Assembly (NCBI GenBank): GCA_017504995.1
Contig: JAFVQC010000054.1
Coordinates: 60 to 64,059, forward strand
Source: Clostridia bacterium
GTDB taxonomy: Bacteria > Bacillota > Clostridia > Oscillospirales > CAG-272
Reading direction: 5' to 3'
DNA length: 64,000 nt
Numbering within the stretch: position 1 is the stretch's first letter; each line of letters begins with the position of its first letter. The notes beneath the pieces are model-generated. The model did not search any database. It was given only the letters and a program-made list of their open reading frames with translations, and had not been told where the DNA came from. This document shows positions 48,508 to 58,386 of this stretch, in pieces. The position numbers and the translations under genes are program-made.

Positions 48508-50976
48508 ATGGCGAACAATTTGAACAAATCAGAGGTAAAAGAACTTGTGGAAGCGAAGCTTTCACGCTATTTTGGATGCTCTCCCAAGGAGGCTTCCCGC
48601 GATCAGATGTATAAAGCCGTCGCAATGACGATCAAGGATATTCTGACGGAAAAAAGAGGGGATTTTAAACAGGAGGTCAATGCCAAGGGCGCAAAGCGCG
48701 TGTACTATATGTGCATCGAGTTTTTGCTGGGACGGTCGCTGAAGACCAATCTCTGCAATCTCGGTCTGGACAATGAGTACCGTGGGGCGCTTCGGGAGAT
48801 GGGCTTTGAATTGGATGATCTGTACGAATGCGAATCCGATGCGGGCTTGGGAAACGGCGGTCTTGGCCGTCTTGCAGCCTGCTTTATGGACTCTCTCTCT
48901 TCACTGGATTATCCCGCCACGGGCTTTTCCATCTGCTATGAGTACGGTTTGTTCAAGCAGATGATCGTAGACGGTATGCAGGTAGAGCTTCCCGATATCT
49001 GGTTGCCCGGCGGAGAGGTCTGGCTGGTTCCCAGAACCGACCGCATTTATCATGTCAAGATGGGCGGTCACGTGAAGGAGAACTGGAAGGACGGACATTT
49101 GGAGATCCTTTACGAGGACTGTGAGGAGATCGAAGCAGTACCCTACGACATGATGATCTCGGGTTCGGACAGTCAGGCGGTCACACAGCTTCGGTTGTGG
49201 AAATCCAGAAACATTCACAATTTCAATATGGGTCTGTTTACGCAGGGACAGTATACCCGAGCCATGGAGGAAAGCACCAACGCGGAGCTGATCTCCAAGG
49301 TGCTGTATCCTTCGGATAATCACATCGAAGGAAAGCTGCTCCGTCTGTCTCAGCAGTATTTTATGGTTTCCGCTTCCTGTCAGAGCATTATCCGCGACCA
49401 TATGGCAGTATACGGCACGCTGGACAATCTGGCGGATAAGGTGGCGATCCACATCAACGATACCCATCCCGCCCTTTGTATTCCCGAGCTGATGCGAATC
49501 CTGATCGACGAGTATTTCTTTGATTGGGACAGAGCGTGGAACACCGTGGTTCAGATTTGCGCGTACACCAACCATACCGTCATGCCCGAGGCGCTTGAGA
49601 CGTGGAACGAGGATCTCTTCCGCCTGAAGCTGCCCAGAATCCATATGATCATCAAGGAGATCAACGAGCGCTTCTGCCGTGACGCATGGCAGGCGTTCCC
49701 CGGAAACTGGAATCGCATTTCCAAGATGAGTATCATCGGCTACGGTCAGGTTCGTATGGCAAATCTGTGCGTAGTTGGCTCTCATTCCACCAACGGTGTA
49801 TCCAAGCTTCACTCCGAGATTCTGACCAAGTCGATCTTCAAGGACTTCTACGCCATGTATCCCGAGCGATTCTGCAACGTGACCAACGGTATCGCCCACC
49901 GTCGTTGGCTGTGCTATTCCAATCCTCAGCTGGCGGGTCTGTTGGACGAGACCATCGGTACGGGCTACCGTCACAATCCCGAGGAGCTTCGTGAATTCGC
50001 AAAGTTTGCCGATGACAAACGGGTGCTGGACGAGGTCAGACGGATCAAGCACGAAAACAAGAGTGCCTTTTCCAATTATCTGTATAAGAAAACGGGCAGA
50101 GCCATTGACACCCATTCCCTGTACGACGTGCATATCAAGCGGCTGCACGAGTATAAGCGTCAGTTGCTCAACGTACTGAATATTATCGGACTGTATTTGG
50201 ATATCAAGGATCACCCCGATGCGGACTTCCAGCCCCAGACCTTCCTGTTCGGCGCGAAGGCTGCTCCCGGATATTATATGGCGAAGAATATCATCAAGCT
50301 GATCTACTGCCTTGGTAAGGAGATCGAAAACGATCCTCAGGTAAGGGAGAAGCTGGCGGTGGTATTCCTTGAGGACTATAACGTCAGCCTTGCGGAGACA
50401 CTCATACCCGCCGCCGAGATCAGTGAGCAGATCTCTCTTGCGGGTAAGGAAGCCAGCGGTACGGGCTGTATGAAGCTGATGATCAACGGCGCGCTGACCA
50501 TCGGTACGCTGGATGGCGCAAACGTGGAGATGCTGGCGGCGGCAGGCAAGGAGAATATGTATATCTTTGGCTTGACCAGCTCCGAGGTGGATGATATTTG
50601 GCTGCGCGGCTACAATTGCGCGGAATACTATGCAAATAATGAACGTCTTAAGAGAATCATTAACGCATTGAATATCGGCTTTGCGGGTCAATCCTTCTCC
50701 GAGATCGCCAACTACCTCTTGTCGGGACCCGGCATTGCAGACCCCTATATGTGTCTTGCGGACTTTGAGTCCTATCACATGACTAGAGGAAAGGCGATTG
50801 CGGACTATCAGGATAAGGAAAAGTGGAATCGTATGTCCTTGATGAATATCGCGTCGGCAGGTTATTTTGCGGCTGACCGTTCCATCAACGATTACGCAAA
50901 GCAGATCTGGAATCTGGAACGCATGATTACCGATCCTTCCGCGCCTATTACGAAAAAGAAAACAAGGAAGTCTTGA
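48508..50976 (+). CDS. glgP: Glycogen/alpha-glucan phosphorylase
   Basis: GLGNGGLGRLAACF and the PLP-lysine region GKEASGTGCMKLMINGA. 822 aa. Confidence 0.95.
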   Translation: MANNLNKSEVKELVEAKLSRYFGCSPKEASRDQMYKAVAMTIKDILTEKRGDFKQEVNAKGAKRVYYMCIEFLLGRSLKTNLCNLGLDNEYRGALREMGFELDDLYECESDAGLGNGGLGRLAACFMDSLSSLDYPATGFSICYEYGLFKQMIVDGMQVELPDIWLPGGEVWLVPRTDRIYHVKMGGHVKENWKDGHLEILYEDCEEIEAVPYDMMISGSDSQAVTQLRLWKSRNIHNFNMGLFTQGQYTRAMEESTNAELISKVLYPSDNHIEGKLLRLSQQYFMVSASCQSIIRDHMAVYGTLDNLADKVAIHINDTHPALCIPELMRILIDEYFFDWDRAWNTVVQICAYTNHTVMPEALETWNEDLFRLKLPRIHMIIKEINERFCRDAWQAFPGNWNRISKMSIIGYGQVRMANLCVVGSHSTNGVSKLHSEILTKSIFKDFYAMYPERFCNVTNGIAHRRWLCYSNPQLAGLLDETIGTGYRHNPEELREFAKFADDKRVLDEVRRIKHENKSAFSNYLYKKTGRAIDTHSLYDVHIKRLHEYKRQLLNVLNIIGLYLDIKDHPDADFQPQTFLFGAKAAPGYYMAKNIIKLIYCLGKEIENDPQVREKLAVVFLEDYNVSLAETLIPAAEISEQISLAGKEASGTGCMKLMINGALTIGTLDGANVEMLAAAGKENMYIFGLTSSEVDDIWLRGYNCAEYYANNERLKRIINALNIGFAGQSFSEIANYLLSGPGIADPYMCLADFESYHMTRGKAIADYQDKEKWNRMSLMNIASAGYFAADRSINDYAKQIWNLERMITDPSAPITKKKTRKS

Positions 50977-52892
50977 TGTTGATGCAATATGCGCCATCGG
51001 TTCAACCGATGATTCGAAAAAAGGTAAACGGCAAGGACGCCTCCGCAAGGGGGGCGTTCGCCGTTGGCGAAATCATATCCTTTACCGTCGAAGTCCCGAG
51101 AGAGCTTGGGGCGTCGGCGGTCGTTCTGCGTATTTGTCGGGATTGGGGGGATGATCGGGATTTTCCCTTGTCTTTCCTTAAAACCGAGCTGGGAACGGAC
51201 TCCTACGAGCTTTCCTTGGATACGTCGTCCCTTTGCGGCGAGGACGGATGCGGACTGTTCTTTTATGAGTTTTTGTTTTTGCGAGGCGTCAATACGCTGT
51301 TTACTACCACCCAAAACCAAGTGGATTTCACGCTCACGACCCATTCGGACAGACGCTTTGCGCTGACGGTTTACGATCGTGATTTTTCCACGCCAAGCTG
51401 GTTCAAGGGGCGGATCATGTATCATATTTTCGTGGACCGTTTCTTTTGCGGAGAAGGTCCTGTGGAGCAGAGAAGCGACGTGATCATGAACGGCGATTGG
51501 GAGAACGGGATTCCGCAATACGCAAAAAAGAACGGAGAGAAGCTTGCCAACAATATGTTTTTTGGCGGAAACCTGTGGGGGATCGCCGAAAAGCTGGGCT
51601 ATCTGAAATCCCTTGGGGTTGGAGTGATCTACCTCAGTCCCATCTTTCGCGCCTATTCCAACCACAAATACGATACGGGTAACTATCTTGAGATCGACGG
51701 TATGTTTGGCGGTGAGGCTGCGTTTCGGACGTTGCTTGAAAAAGCGAAGGAAGCCGATATCCGCGTGATTTTGGACGGCGTGTTTAACCATACGGGAAGC
51801 AACAGTCTGTATTTCGACCGAGAGGGCGAATACGGCGGTGTGGGGGCGTACAGTGATCCGCAATCGCCTTACCGAGGCTGGTTTTGCTTTAAGCAATATC
51901 CCAATGAATATGAAACTTGGTGGGGAATCGATATCCTGCCGAAGCTGAATCCACAAAGCAATGCTTGCAGAGAATTCCTTGCGGGAAAGGGCGGCGTTTG
52001 CGAACGCTATATCCGTATGGGGATCGGCGGTTGGCGGCTGGACGTGGCAGATGAGTTGAGCAATGCTTTTTTAGACGAGCTGCGAGAGACGGTCAAGGAC
52101 GCCTCGGACGAAGAAGGCGTGATCATCGGCGAGGTTTGGGAGAACGCTGCCCTGAAGGAAGCTTATGGCGCGCGCCGCCGTTATTTTCTTGGCAGACAGC
52201 TGGATAGCGTGATGAATTATCCCGTTCGTAACGGAATATTGGCATATCTGCTGGACGGTGACGCGGTGTTTCTTGCGGATACCCTGAAGGAGATTTACGC
52301 AACCTACCCCAAATGCGTTTGCGATAGTCTGATGAATTTGCTTGGGACACATGATACGGAGCGAATTCTTACCGTTCTTGGAGAAGGAAGCGATCGAAGT
52401 GAAGAAGATTCCAACGACGCGCTTGCGGTAAAGCGCTTGACAGAGGCGCAAAGAGCGAGGGGAATCAAGCGGCTGAAGATGGCGGCAGCGCTCCAATATA
52501 CCGTGTATGGCGTGCCCTCGGTCTTTTACGGGGACGAGGCAGGCTTGGAAGGATATCACGATCCCTTCTGCCGCAGACCCTATCCGTGGCACGCGCAAAA
52601 CGAGGAGCTGTTGGAATTTTATCGAACCTTGGGAAGAATCCGAACCGAGCATTCTGTTTTTGCGGACGGCGACTTTTGGGTGCTTGCCGCAGAAGGCGGA
52701 TTCCTTGCCTTTGTGAGGGAAAATGAGTGGGAGCACTTGACGGTTCTTGCTAATGCAGGCAAGACTGAGGTGGCGTATCCTTGGGCGAAAGGGCAGATCG
52801 ACCTGCTGTCGGGAAAAGAATACGCTGGAATCGTTCGTACGGGCGAGGTCTTAATCTTGACAGAATCAATGAATCATAGGAAAGGGGAATAA
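50976..52892 (+). CDS. GH13 alpha-glycosidase (neopullulanase/cyclomaltodextrinase-like)
   Basis: GH13 regions DGVFNHTG, GWRLDVADEL, IGEVWE, LLGTHDTERI. Start overlaps the glgP stop (TTGATG). ATG at 50982 is also possible. Confidence 0.85.
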   Translation: MLMQYAPSVQPMIRKKVNGKDASARGAFAVGEIISFTVEVPRELGASAVVLRICRDWGDDRDFPLSFLKTELGTDSYELSLDTSSLCGEDGCGLFFYEFLFLRGVNTLFTTTQNQVDFTLTTHSDRRFALTVYDRDFSTPSWFKGRIMYHIFVDRFFCGEGPVEQRSDVIMNGDWENGIPQYAKKNGEKLANNMFFGGNLWGIAEKLGYLKSLGVGVIYLSPIFRAYSNHKYDTGNYLEIDGMFGGEAAFRTLLEKAKEADIRVILDGVFNHTGSNSLYFDREGEYGGVGAYSDPQSPYRGWFCFKQYPNEYETWWGIDILPKLNPQSNACREFLAGKGGVCERYIRMGIGGWRLDVADELSNAFLDELRETVKDASDEEGVIIGEVWENAALKEAYGARRRYFLGRQLDSVMNYPVRNGILAYLLDGDAVFLADTLKEIYATYPKCVCDSLMNLLGTHDTERILTVLGEGSDRSEEDSNDALAVKRLTEAQRARGIKRLKMAAALQYTVYGVPSVFYGDEAGLEGYHDPFCRRPYPWHAQNEELLEFYRTLGRIRTEHSVFADGDFWVLAAEGGFLAFVRENEWEHLTVLANAGKTEVAYPWAKGQIDLLSGKEYAGIVRTGEVLILTESMNHRKGE

Positions 52893-52896
52893 AACC

Positions 52897-53229
52897 ATGG
52901 GACTTTTTTCAAGATGGAAGAAAAAGAACCCCGACTCCAAGCAGTTTCGTCGGGAAATGGTGCTTTCGGTGAACGGACGGCATATTCGTTACGTAACCGA
53001 AAAGCGAAACGGCGTGGACGAGGTGATCGGCAGAAACGGAAATCTGAACATCCATGAGGATTGTTTGTTGGTTTACGCTTCCTCTGACGTGATCTTTCGA
53101 TGTCCCGTTGACGAGCTTCAGATCTGGGAGCTGTTGTCGAAGGACGGCGTGGTGCTGACGGGACCCGACCTTGAGCACGGCGGTGTCGAGCGTACGATCA
53201 TTGCTTTTTACGTGTATTACAGAAAATAA
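52897..53229 (+). CDS. Hypothetical protein
   Basis: 110-aa ORF with an AAAGGGGA RBS, 4 nt after the GH13 stop. No family recognised. Confidence 0.5.
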   Translation: MGLFSRWKKKNPDSKQFRREMVLSVNGRHIRYVTEKRNGVDEVIGRNGNLNIHEDCLLVYASSDVIFRCPVDELQIWELLSKDGVVLTGPDLEHGGVERTIIAFYVYYRK

Positions 53230-53261
53230 AAAAGCGCAACGCAGCAGACGCTACCGTCTGA

Positions 53262-53519
53262 GATCAAACCATTGGAAAAAAGCGTGTTGGACGCTCCGAA
53301 AAAATATACGTATTGCACCCAAAAGACCGAACGGTATTTTTGACGGTACGGGGGGCGGTCGTATGCGAAGACGCAACGAGCGAGCCATTTGGAAGGTATG
53401 ACGGTATGATGCTTGCCTTTGCCCAAATGGTAAGGGGCGAGAAGGAAAATCCGTATACTTTGGATTATGAATTGGAGCTGTTCCGTACGGTGATGCGGTG
53501 TTGTGGCACTACAGAATAA
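53262..53519 (+). pseudogene. Probable 3' remnant of a Gfo/Idh/MocA-type oxidoreductase gene
   Basis: Open frame from the stop at 53259-53261 with no ATG/RBS. ...GMMLAFAQMVRGEKENPYTLDYELELFRTVMRCCG resembles the extreme C-terminus of that family. Confidence 0.4.
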
Positions 53520-53540
53520 AATTTGAGAAGGAGAAAAACA

Positions 53541-54524
53541 ATGAAAGCAATTTTAGTAAATGAAGATAAGAGTCTCCGTTGGGACGACGTGCCCGATCCC
53601 GTTTTAGGAAGTGAGGATTGTTTGGTAAAGATCGAGGCGGCGGCGCTGAACCGTGCCGATTTGATGCAAAGAGAAGGGGACTATCCGCCCCCCGCGGGTT
53701 GTCCCGAATGGATGGGCTTGGAGATTGCGGGAACGATCGTGGAGGTAGGGGCTGACGTGGCAAAGAAGTCCTCATGGAAGGTGGGCGACAAGGTGTGCGC
53801 TCTGCTTGGTGGCGGAGGATACGCGGAGTACGCCAACGTAAAGTACGATATGCTGATGCCCGTGCCGAAAAACTGCTCCATGGTGGAGGCTGCGGCAATT
53901 CCCGAAGCCTTTGCCACGGCGTATCTGAATTTGTTTATGGAAGGAAAGATCGAGACGGGGAACACCCTTTTGATGAACGCGGGCGCAAGCGGACTTGCCA
54001 GCGTGGTGATCCCGATGGCAAAGGCGTTTGGCGTTCGTGTCATTGCCACGGTTCTTTCCGATGAGATCGCCGAGAGCATTCGCCATCTGAATGCGGACGT
54101 GGTGGTCAATACCACGAAGAAAAATATTGCTGAGGTCCTGAAAAAGGAGCTGGAAGCGGGACACCCCGTGGACGTAGCCATCGACTGCCTTGGCGGCGAG
54201 ATCATGGGAGAGTGTATCCATTATCTGAAGCACGGCGCGCGCTGGATCATGATCGCGGCGTTGGCAGGAACGAAAACGCAGATCGATCTCAAAAATATTT
54301 ACGTACGCAACGTGCGGATCATCGGAAGCACCCTTCGCTCCAGATCACCCGAGGTCAAAGCGCAGATTCTTTCCGAGCTTGTAGAACGGGTTTGGTGCAA
54401 GGTGGAATCGGGCGAGGTCAAGCCTACCATCTACAGGGTGCTGCCTATTACCGAGGCAGAGGCGGCTCACGATATTCTCTATCGCGGCGAAAACGTGGGC
54501 AAGGTCGTTTTGACTGTTGATTGA
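53541..54524 (+). CDS. NAD(P)H:quinone oxidoreductase, medium-chain dehydrogenase/reductase family
   Basis: MKAILV... with LNRADLMQREGDYPPP and NAGASGLASVVIPMAK (GxxGxxG-like) motifs. GAAGGAG RBS. Confidence 0.85.
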   Translation: MKAILVNEDKSLRWDDVPDPVLGSEDCLVKIEAAALNRADLMQREGDYPPPAGCPEWMGLEIAGTIVEVGADVAKKSSWKVGDKVCALLGGGGYAEYANVKYDMLMPVPKNCSMVEAAAIPEAFATAYLNLFMEGKIETGNTLLMNAGASGLASVVIPMAKAFGVRVIATVLSDEIAESIRHLNADVVVNTTKKNIAEVLKKELEAGHPVDVAIDCLGGEIMGECIHYLKHGARWIMIAALAGTKTQIDLKNIYVRNVRIIGSTLRSRSPEVKAQILSELVERVWCKVESGEVKPTIYRVLPITEAEAAHDILYRGENVGKVVLTVD

Positions 54525-54541
54525 TTCGTGGGGATACGTTG

Positions 54542-54574
54542 AGGGGGAGCTTTTTAAAAGAAGCCCCCCTTTGC
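54542..54574 (+). terminator. Probable intrinsic terminator
   Basis: Imperfect stem AGGGGGAGCTTTT / AAAAGAAGCCCCCCT followed by TTTG. Confidence 0.5.
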
Positions 54575-54641
54575 TCTGTGTTTGTACCGATATCTTCGCT
54601 TTTTTTACTGTGAAAATATATCTTTTTCACAAAAAAAATCC

Positions 54642-54670
54642 TTGCTTTTTTGATTTATTTGTGATATAAT
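54642..54670 (+). promoter_or_regulatory. Sigma-A promoter of the large secreted protein gene
   Basis: TTGCTT (54642-54647), 17-nt spacer, TGaTATAAT (54662-54670). Leaves a 5' UTR of about 110 nt. Confidence 0.6.
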
Positions 54671-54786
54671 ACATCTAAATAATTATGGATAATTAGTCAA
54701 TCGTAGGAAGAAACCCATGGATTTCTTTCCGCCTTTGGGGAAAATCTTTATTATGACCCAAAAATTCAGAAAGGACTTTTTGTGAA

Positions 54787-57700
54787 ATGAAAACGACGAA
54801 AAGAATGTTAGCGATCCTTTTGACGGTTGCAATGCTGATAACGACCTTGTGTATGCCTGCCTTCGCCGTAGACGCTACTCCTTCGCTTACCGAGAAAACG
54901 GCAACGGCAGACGAGATCAAAGCGTTGCTGGAGGGTGACTATGCTTTGACCCAAGTGGACGGCATTGATGAGCAGACGGTCACCTATATGGGTAACAACT
55001 GTTACAGAGTTCGGGCGACAGAGGTCGGCGGCTCTGTGGCAAATAAGTGCTGTAAGCTCTTTGAAACGGCAGGCTTCACTCCTTACGTGGATAAGGGTGG
55101 AAACAAATATCTCGCCAAGCATATTGGAGGCGAGAACGCCCGTAATCAGATGTACGTCAACGACAAATATCTGGTTGCCGTGTTCTGGGACGATGCAAAC
55201 AACTTGCTTACCGTTACCATGGAGCCTCTGCCCGCTGACGCAGGTTTGAGAGAGGAGTATCTCTCCGTGTTTACCGCGCCTGTGTCTACCGAGAAGGTCT
55301 GTGATCCCGTGGTAATTCAGGTCGGTCTTACCGTAACCGACGTGACCGTAGACGGAGTAACCAGCTACGGCGCATATAGCAAAACCATCGATAATCCGCA
55401 GGATATCCGTTCGGGTATGAGCTACGTGTTCCGTCTTTCCGACGGCAGCTTTGTGATTTATGACGGAGGCTTGGATAACGCTACCTCCACGGAAGATGCG
55501 GAATTGGGCAGGGGCGGAACAGTCCTTCGAAAGAATATCTACCGTTTGCAGGATATTCTCCGTACTTACGCGCCAAACCCCGACGATATCCGCATTGCAG
55601 CGTGGTTTATTACCCATCCTCACGTAGATCACTATACTTTGTTCGAGCAGTGGGTAGAGGAGATGTACGATCCCACGAGCGAGTATTACACGGATTATGC
55701 GGGCATGACCCTTGAGCGCGTGATTGCCAACTATCCCGATTACGATCAGATGGATAACTGCACGGATGCGGATTCTAGTTCCGCTTGCGCTCATTTGAAA
55801 GAGTCGAAGCTGGTCGAAAGACATGAGTTTCTTGCAAAGTGCGAGACCTACGGCATTTTCGTTTACAAAGCCCACGCAGGTCAGACCTACTATTTGGCAG
55901 ACGCAAAGCTCGTAATCCTTCACACCGCAGAGATCGCAACGGAAGCGATCCCGAACGCTAAATGTGGTCATGAAGATGGCGATCAGGCATGTAGCAACCG
56001 TCTCTCCGTCATCACTCAGATGATCCTTCCCGTGAACGGCTACGACGTAACGTTCATGATGACGGGCGACGCGGAATCCTATAATGCGGGCAGAGTGAAC
56101 GAGCTTTACGGCGTGGCGATGAAGAGCGACTTCTTACAGGCGCCTCATCATGGGGCAAACAGCATGGGAGATACGTTTTATTATGACAACGTAGCTGCTC
56201 CTTACTTTATGGTTCCCACCTCCAACAATCGTTGGAACGGCGACGAGAACGGTGGTTGGTTCGGCGACGATAAGCCTTTGGTTCTTCAGTACGAGGAAGG
56301 GAGAACGGGTCTCCAAAACGTGAAGTACAGCCTCTCGGAAGGTGTGACTACTTTTATCGCGGGGGATATGTCCCATGAGTTTTCGCTTTCCGTGACGGAC
56401 GGTGTCCTGAGCGTTACCGATATTTCCTTGCTCTGGTGTAGAGGAGATATCAGAAGATACATGAAGGCGGACGGAAATTACAAGCTGATTGCGGACCTTT
56501 CTTTTGACGATCAATTTTGTACTTATATGGATGCGGCGGGCGATCCCACTACCTTCTCGGGTACGCTTGACGGCATGGGTCATACTCTGACGTTCCCGTC
56601 TGAGCTTGAAAATACGAGCGCGTTGTTCGGCACACTGAGTGGAACCGTCAAGAACCTGAACGTGGGTACGAAAGAAGCTACCGTTAAGCTGAATTACAGT
56701 GGAACAGAGGAAGTATGCTATGGAGTAATCGTAAATGAGGTCACGGGAAGCGCAACCCTGACGAACGTACATCTGTGGGCAACCGTGGACTATACGGATT
56801 TGGCTGGAGTCGTAAATATCGGCGGCTTTATCGGTAGCGTAAACGGTGCGCTTACCGTTACGGGATGCTCCGCAAACGGAAGCATGACTCATAATACGGC
56901 GTCGACTGTGTCGCACGGTGTTGGCGGTTTCATCGGTGACGTGGTGGCTGCAAGCGCCTTAACAGTAAATTTTGATTCCTGCGAAAACAATATGACCATC
57001 AACGATAAAACCAAAACAACAAGCGGCGCGGGTGGATTTATCGGAAGAATTTCTACTGCAACCGCAACCGTTACGATGACAGATTGTGTGAACACGGGTG
57101 ACGTGTCTATAACTCTTGCAAGTAGTTTTGGCGGTGCCTCTGCCGCAGGCGGCATCGTGGGTGTTTGCCACGTAGCTTCGAATCTGACCCTGACGGGCTG
57201 CGTGAATACGGGCGACGTATCCACTGGAAATAAGTCCGGCGGTATTCTGGGAACCTCGAAAGACGCTACGGTGGAAATTACGAACTGCGTTAACCGCGGT
57301 GATGTTAGCGGAGCCAATGTAGGCGGTATAGTGGCTTATACAAATAAGACAGATGCAACGAGCGAGGGAGAGTCTTATTTAACCGTTCAGGTGTTGCACT
57401 GTGTAAACTACGGTGCTGTTAATGGAACGACTCGTTGCGGAGGTATGTTGAGTGCCGGTGAATATAGTGCAACAATTGATTCTTGTGTCAACGTAGGAAC
57501 AGTAACGAGTGATGGAAAAGCATCGACTGTAGGTTCTATGTACGGTAGACGGGCTTCGATATCGAACTGCGTAACGCTTACGAAAGCGAAGTACAACGGC
57601 GGCTCTGACGAAGAAAACCCTGAAACCAACAGTACTCTCATTAGCGTATCCCAGACCAATGAAGGCGCGGGTGTTCGTATCGTCCTCGACGATAAAGGTA

Positions 57701-58158
57701 CAGGACTTCGCTTCAAGTTTGCCATGGACACTGATTCTCTCGCGGATTTGAAAACGTTGACGACGAACTACGGTGTGGACAACGTACAGGTCGGCGCGAT
57801 CTTCCTTCCCACCACGCTTTTGGGTGAGGACGCTTTGACGGCAGAAAACTACTCCAACGCTCTTATCACGGAAGGAACCGCTTCCGCGGTGGAAGGTGGT
57901 TGCTATTACGCGTCTCTCGTGAATCTTTACGAGGATCATTATACTACCGCGTATAGCTGTCAGAGCTTCTGGCGCTTCAGAACCTCCGCGGATAGCGAAT
58001 GGATCACCGTTTACGCGAACAATACGGAAACCCGAATCATTGCCGAGGTTGCAGACGATGCGTTGGCGGATTACAATGACCCCAATAATGAAAATAAACC
58101 GAACTATTCTGACGAACAGATCCAACTTCTGGAAAAATATGCGGCGGCAAATCATTAA
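54787..58158 (+). CDS. Secreted multidomain protein: signal peptide, ComEC-like metallo-beta-lactamase domain, GLUG-like beta-helix repeats, unknown C-terminal domain
   Basis: Signal peptide MKTTKRMLAILLTVAMLITTLCMPAFA. MBL motifs HPHVDH (about 55614), TGDAE, APHHG (about 56143). FSGTLDGMGHTL is followed by 7 GG(F/I/M)xG repeats, each with CxNxG. Confidence 0.8.
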   Translation: MKTTKRMLAILLTVAMLITTLCMPAFAVDATPSLTEKTATADEIKALLEGDYALTQVDGIDEQTVTYMGNNCYRVRATEVGGSVANKCCKLFETAGFTPYVDKGGNKYLAKHIGGENARNQMYVNDKYLVAVFWDDANNLLTVTMEPLPADAGLREEYLSVFTAPVSTEKVCDPVVIQVGLTVTDVTVDGVTSYGAYSKTIDNPQDIRSGMSYVFRLSDGSFVIYDGGLDNATSTEDAELGRGGTVLRKNIYRLQDILRTYAPNPDDIRIAAWFITHPHVDHYTLFEQWVEEMYDPTSEYYTDYAGMTLERVIANYPDYDQMDNCTDADSSSACAHLKESKLVERHEFLAKCETYGIFVYKAHAGQTYYLADAKLVILHTAEIATEAIPNAKCGHEDGDQACSNRLSVITQMILPVNGYDVTFMMTGDAESYNAGRVNELYGVAMKSDFLQAPHHGANSMGDTFYYDNVAAPYFMVPTSNNRWNGDENGGWFGDDKPLVLQYEEGRTGLQNVKYSLSEGVTTFIAGDMSHEFSLSVTDGVLSVTDISLLWCRGDIRRYMKADGNYKLIADLSFDDQFCTYMDAAGDPTTFSGTLDGMGHTLTFPSELENTSALFGTLSGTVKNLNVGTKEATVKLNYSGTEEVCYGVIVNEVTGSATLTNVHLWATVDYTDLAGVVNIGGFIGSVNGALTVTGCSANGSMTHNTASTVSHGVGGFIGDVVAASALTVNFDSCENNMTINDKTKTTSGAGGFIGRISTATATVTMTDCVNTGDVSITLASSFGGASAAGGIVGVCHVASNLTLTGCVNTGDVSTGNKSGGILGTSKDATVEITNCVNRGDVSGANVGGIVAYTNKTDATSEGESYLTVQVLHCVNYGAVNGTTRCGGMLSAGEYSATIDSCVNVGTVTSDGKASTVGSMYGRRASISNCVTLTKAKYNGGSDEENPETNSTLISVSQTNEGAGVRIVLDDKGTGLRFKFAMDTDSLADLKTLTTNYGVDNVQVGAIFLPTTLLGEDALTAENYSNALITEGTASAVEGGCYYASLVNLYEDHYTTAYSCQSFWRFRTSADSEWITVYANNTETRIIAEVADDALADYNDPNNENKPNYSDEQIQLLEKYAAANH

Positions 58159-58207
58159 GGAAAAAGAAAATCGGTTTGCTCCGAGTATAGGATTGACTTC
58201 ATAAACA

Positions 58208-58247
58208 AACAACCGCGGAGAGCGTCAGCTCTCCGCGGTTGTTCATT
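58208..58247 (+). terminator. Intrinsic terminator of the large secreted protein gene
   Basis: 16-bp perfect stem AACAACCGCGGAGAGC / GCTCTCCGCGGTTGTT with a 4-nt loop, followed by CATTT. Confidence 0.75.
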
Positions 58248-58325
58248 TGGTAAACGGGCGGAATATACCGTTTTCTGTGTTCCTTTTTCTGTCTCTTTTT
58301 TTCTCTTTCGGAATGAGGGAAGGCA

Positions 58326-58354
58326 TTGACAATTCCTTCTTTTTTTGCTATAAT
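58326..58354 (+). promoter_or_regulatory. Sigma-A promoter of the second branching-enzyme gene
   Basis: TTGACA (58326-58331), 17-nt spacer, TATAAT (58349-58354). Confidence 0.7.
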
Positions 58355-58386
58355 AAAAGCAACGAAACAGAGGCAAGGAGGGTGTG

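Noticed and set aside
48901-51048. 715-aa minus-strand ORF, the longest unexplained ORF in the track.
   Set aside because: It lies entirely antisense to glgP and the start of the GH13 gene. It has no recognisable domain. It is a shadow ORF like the one at 3014..4936.
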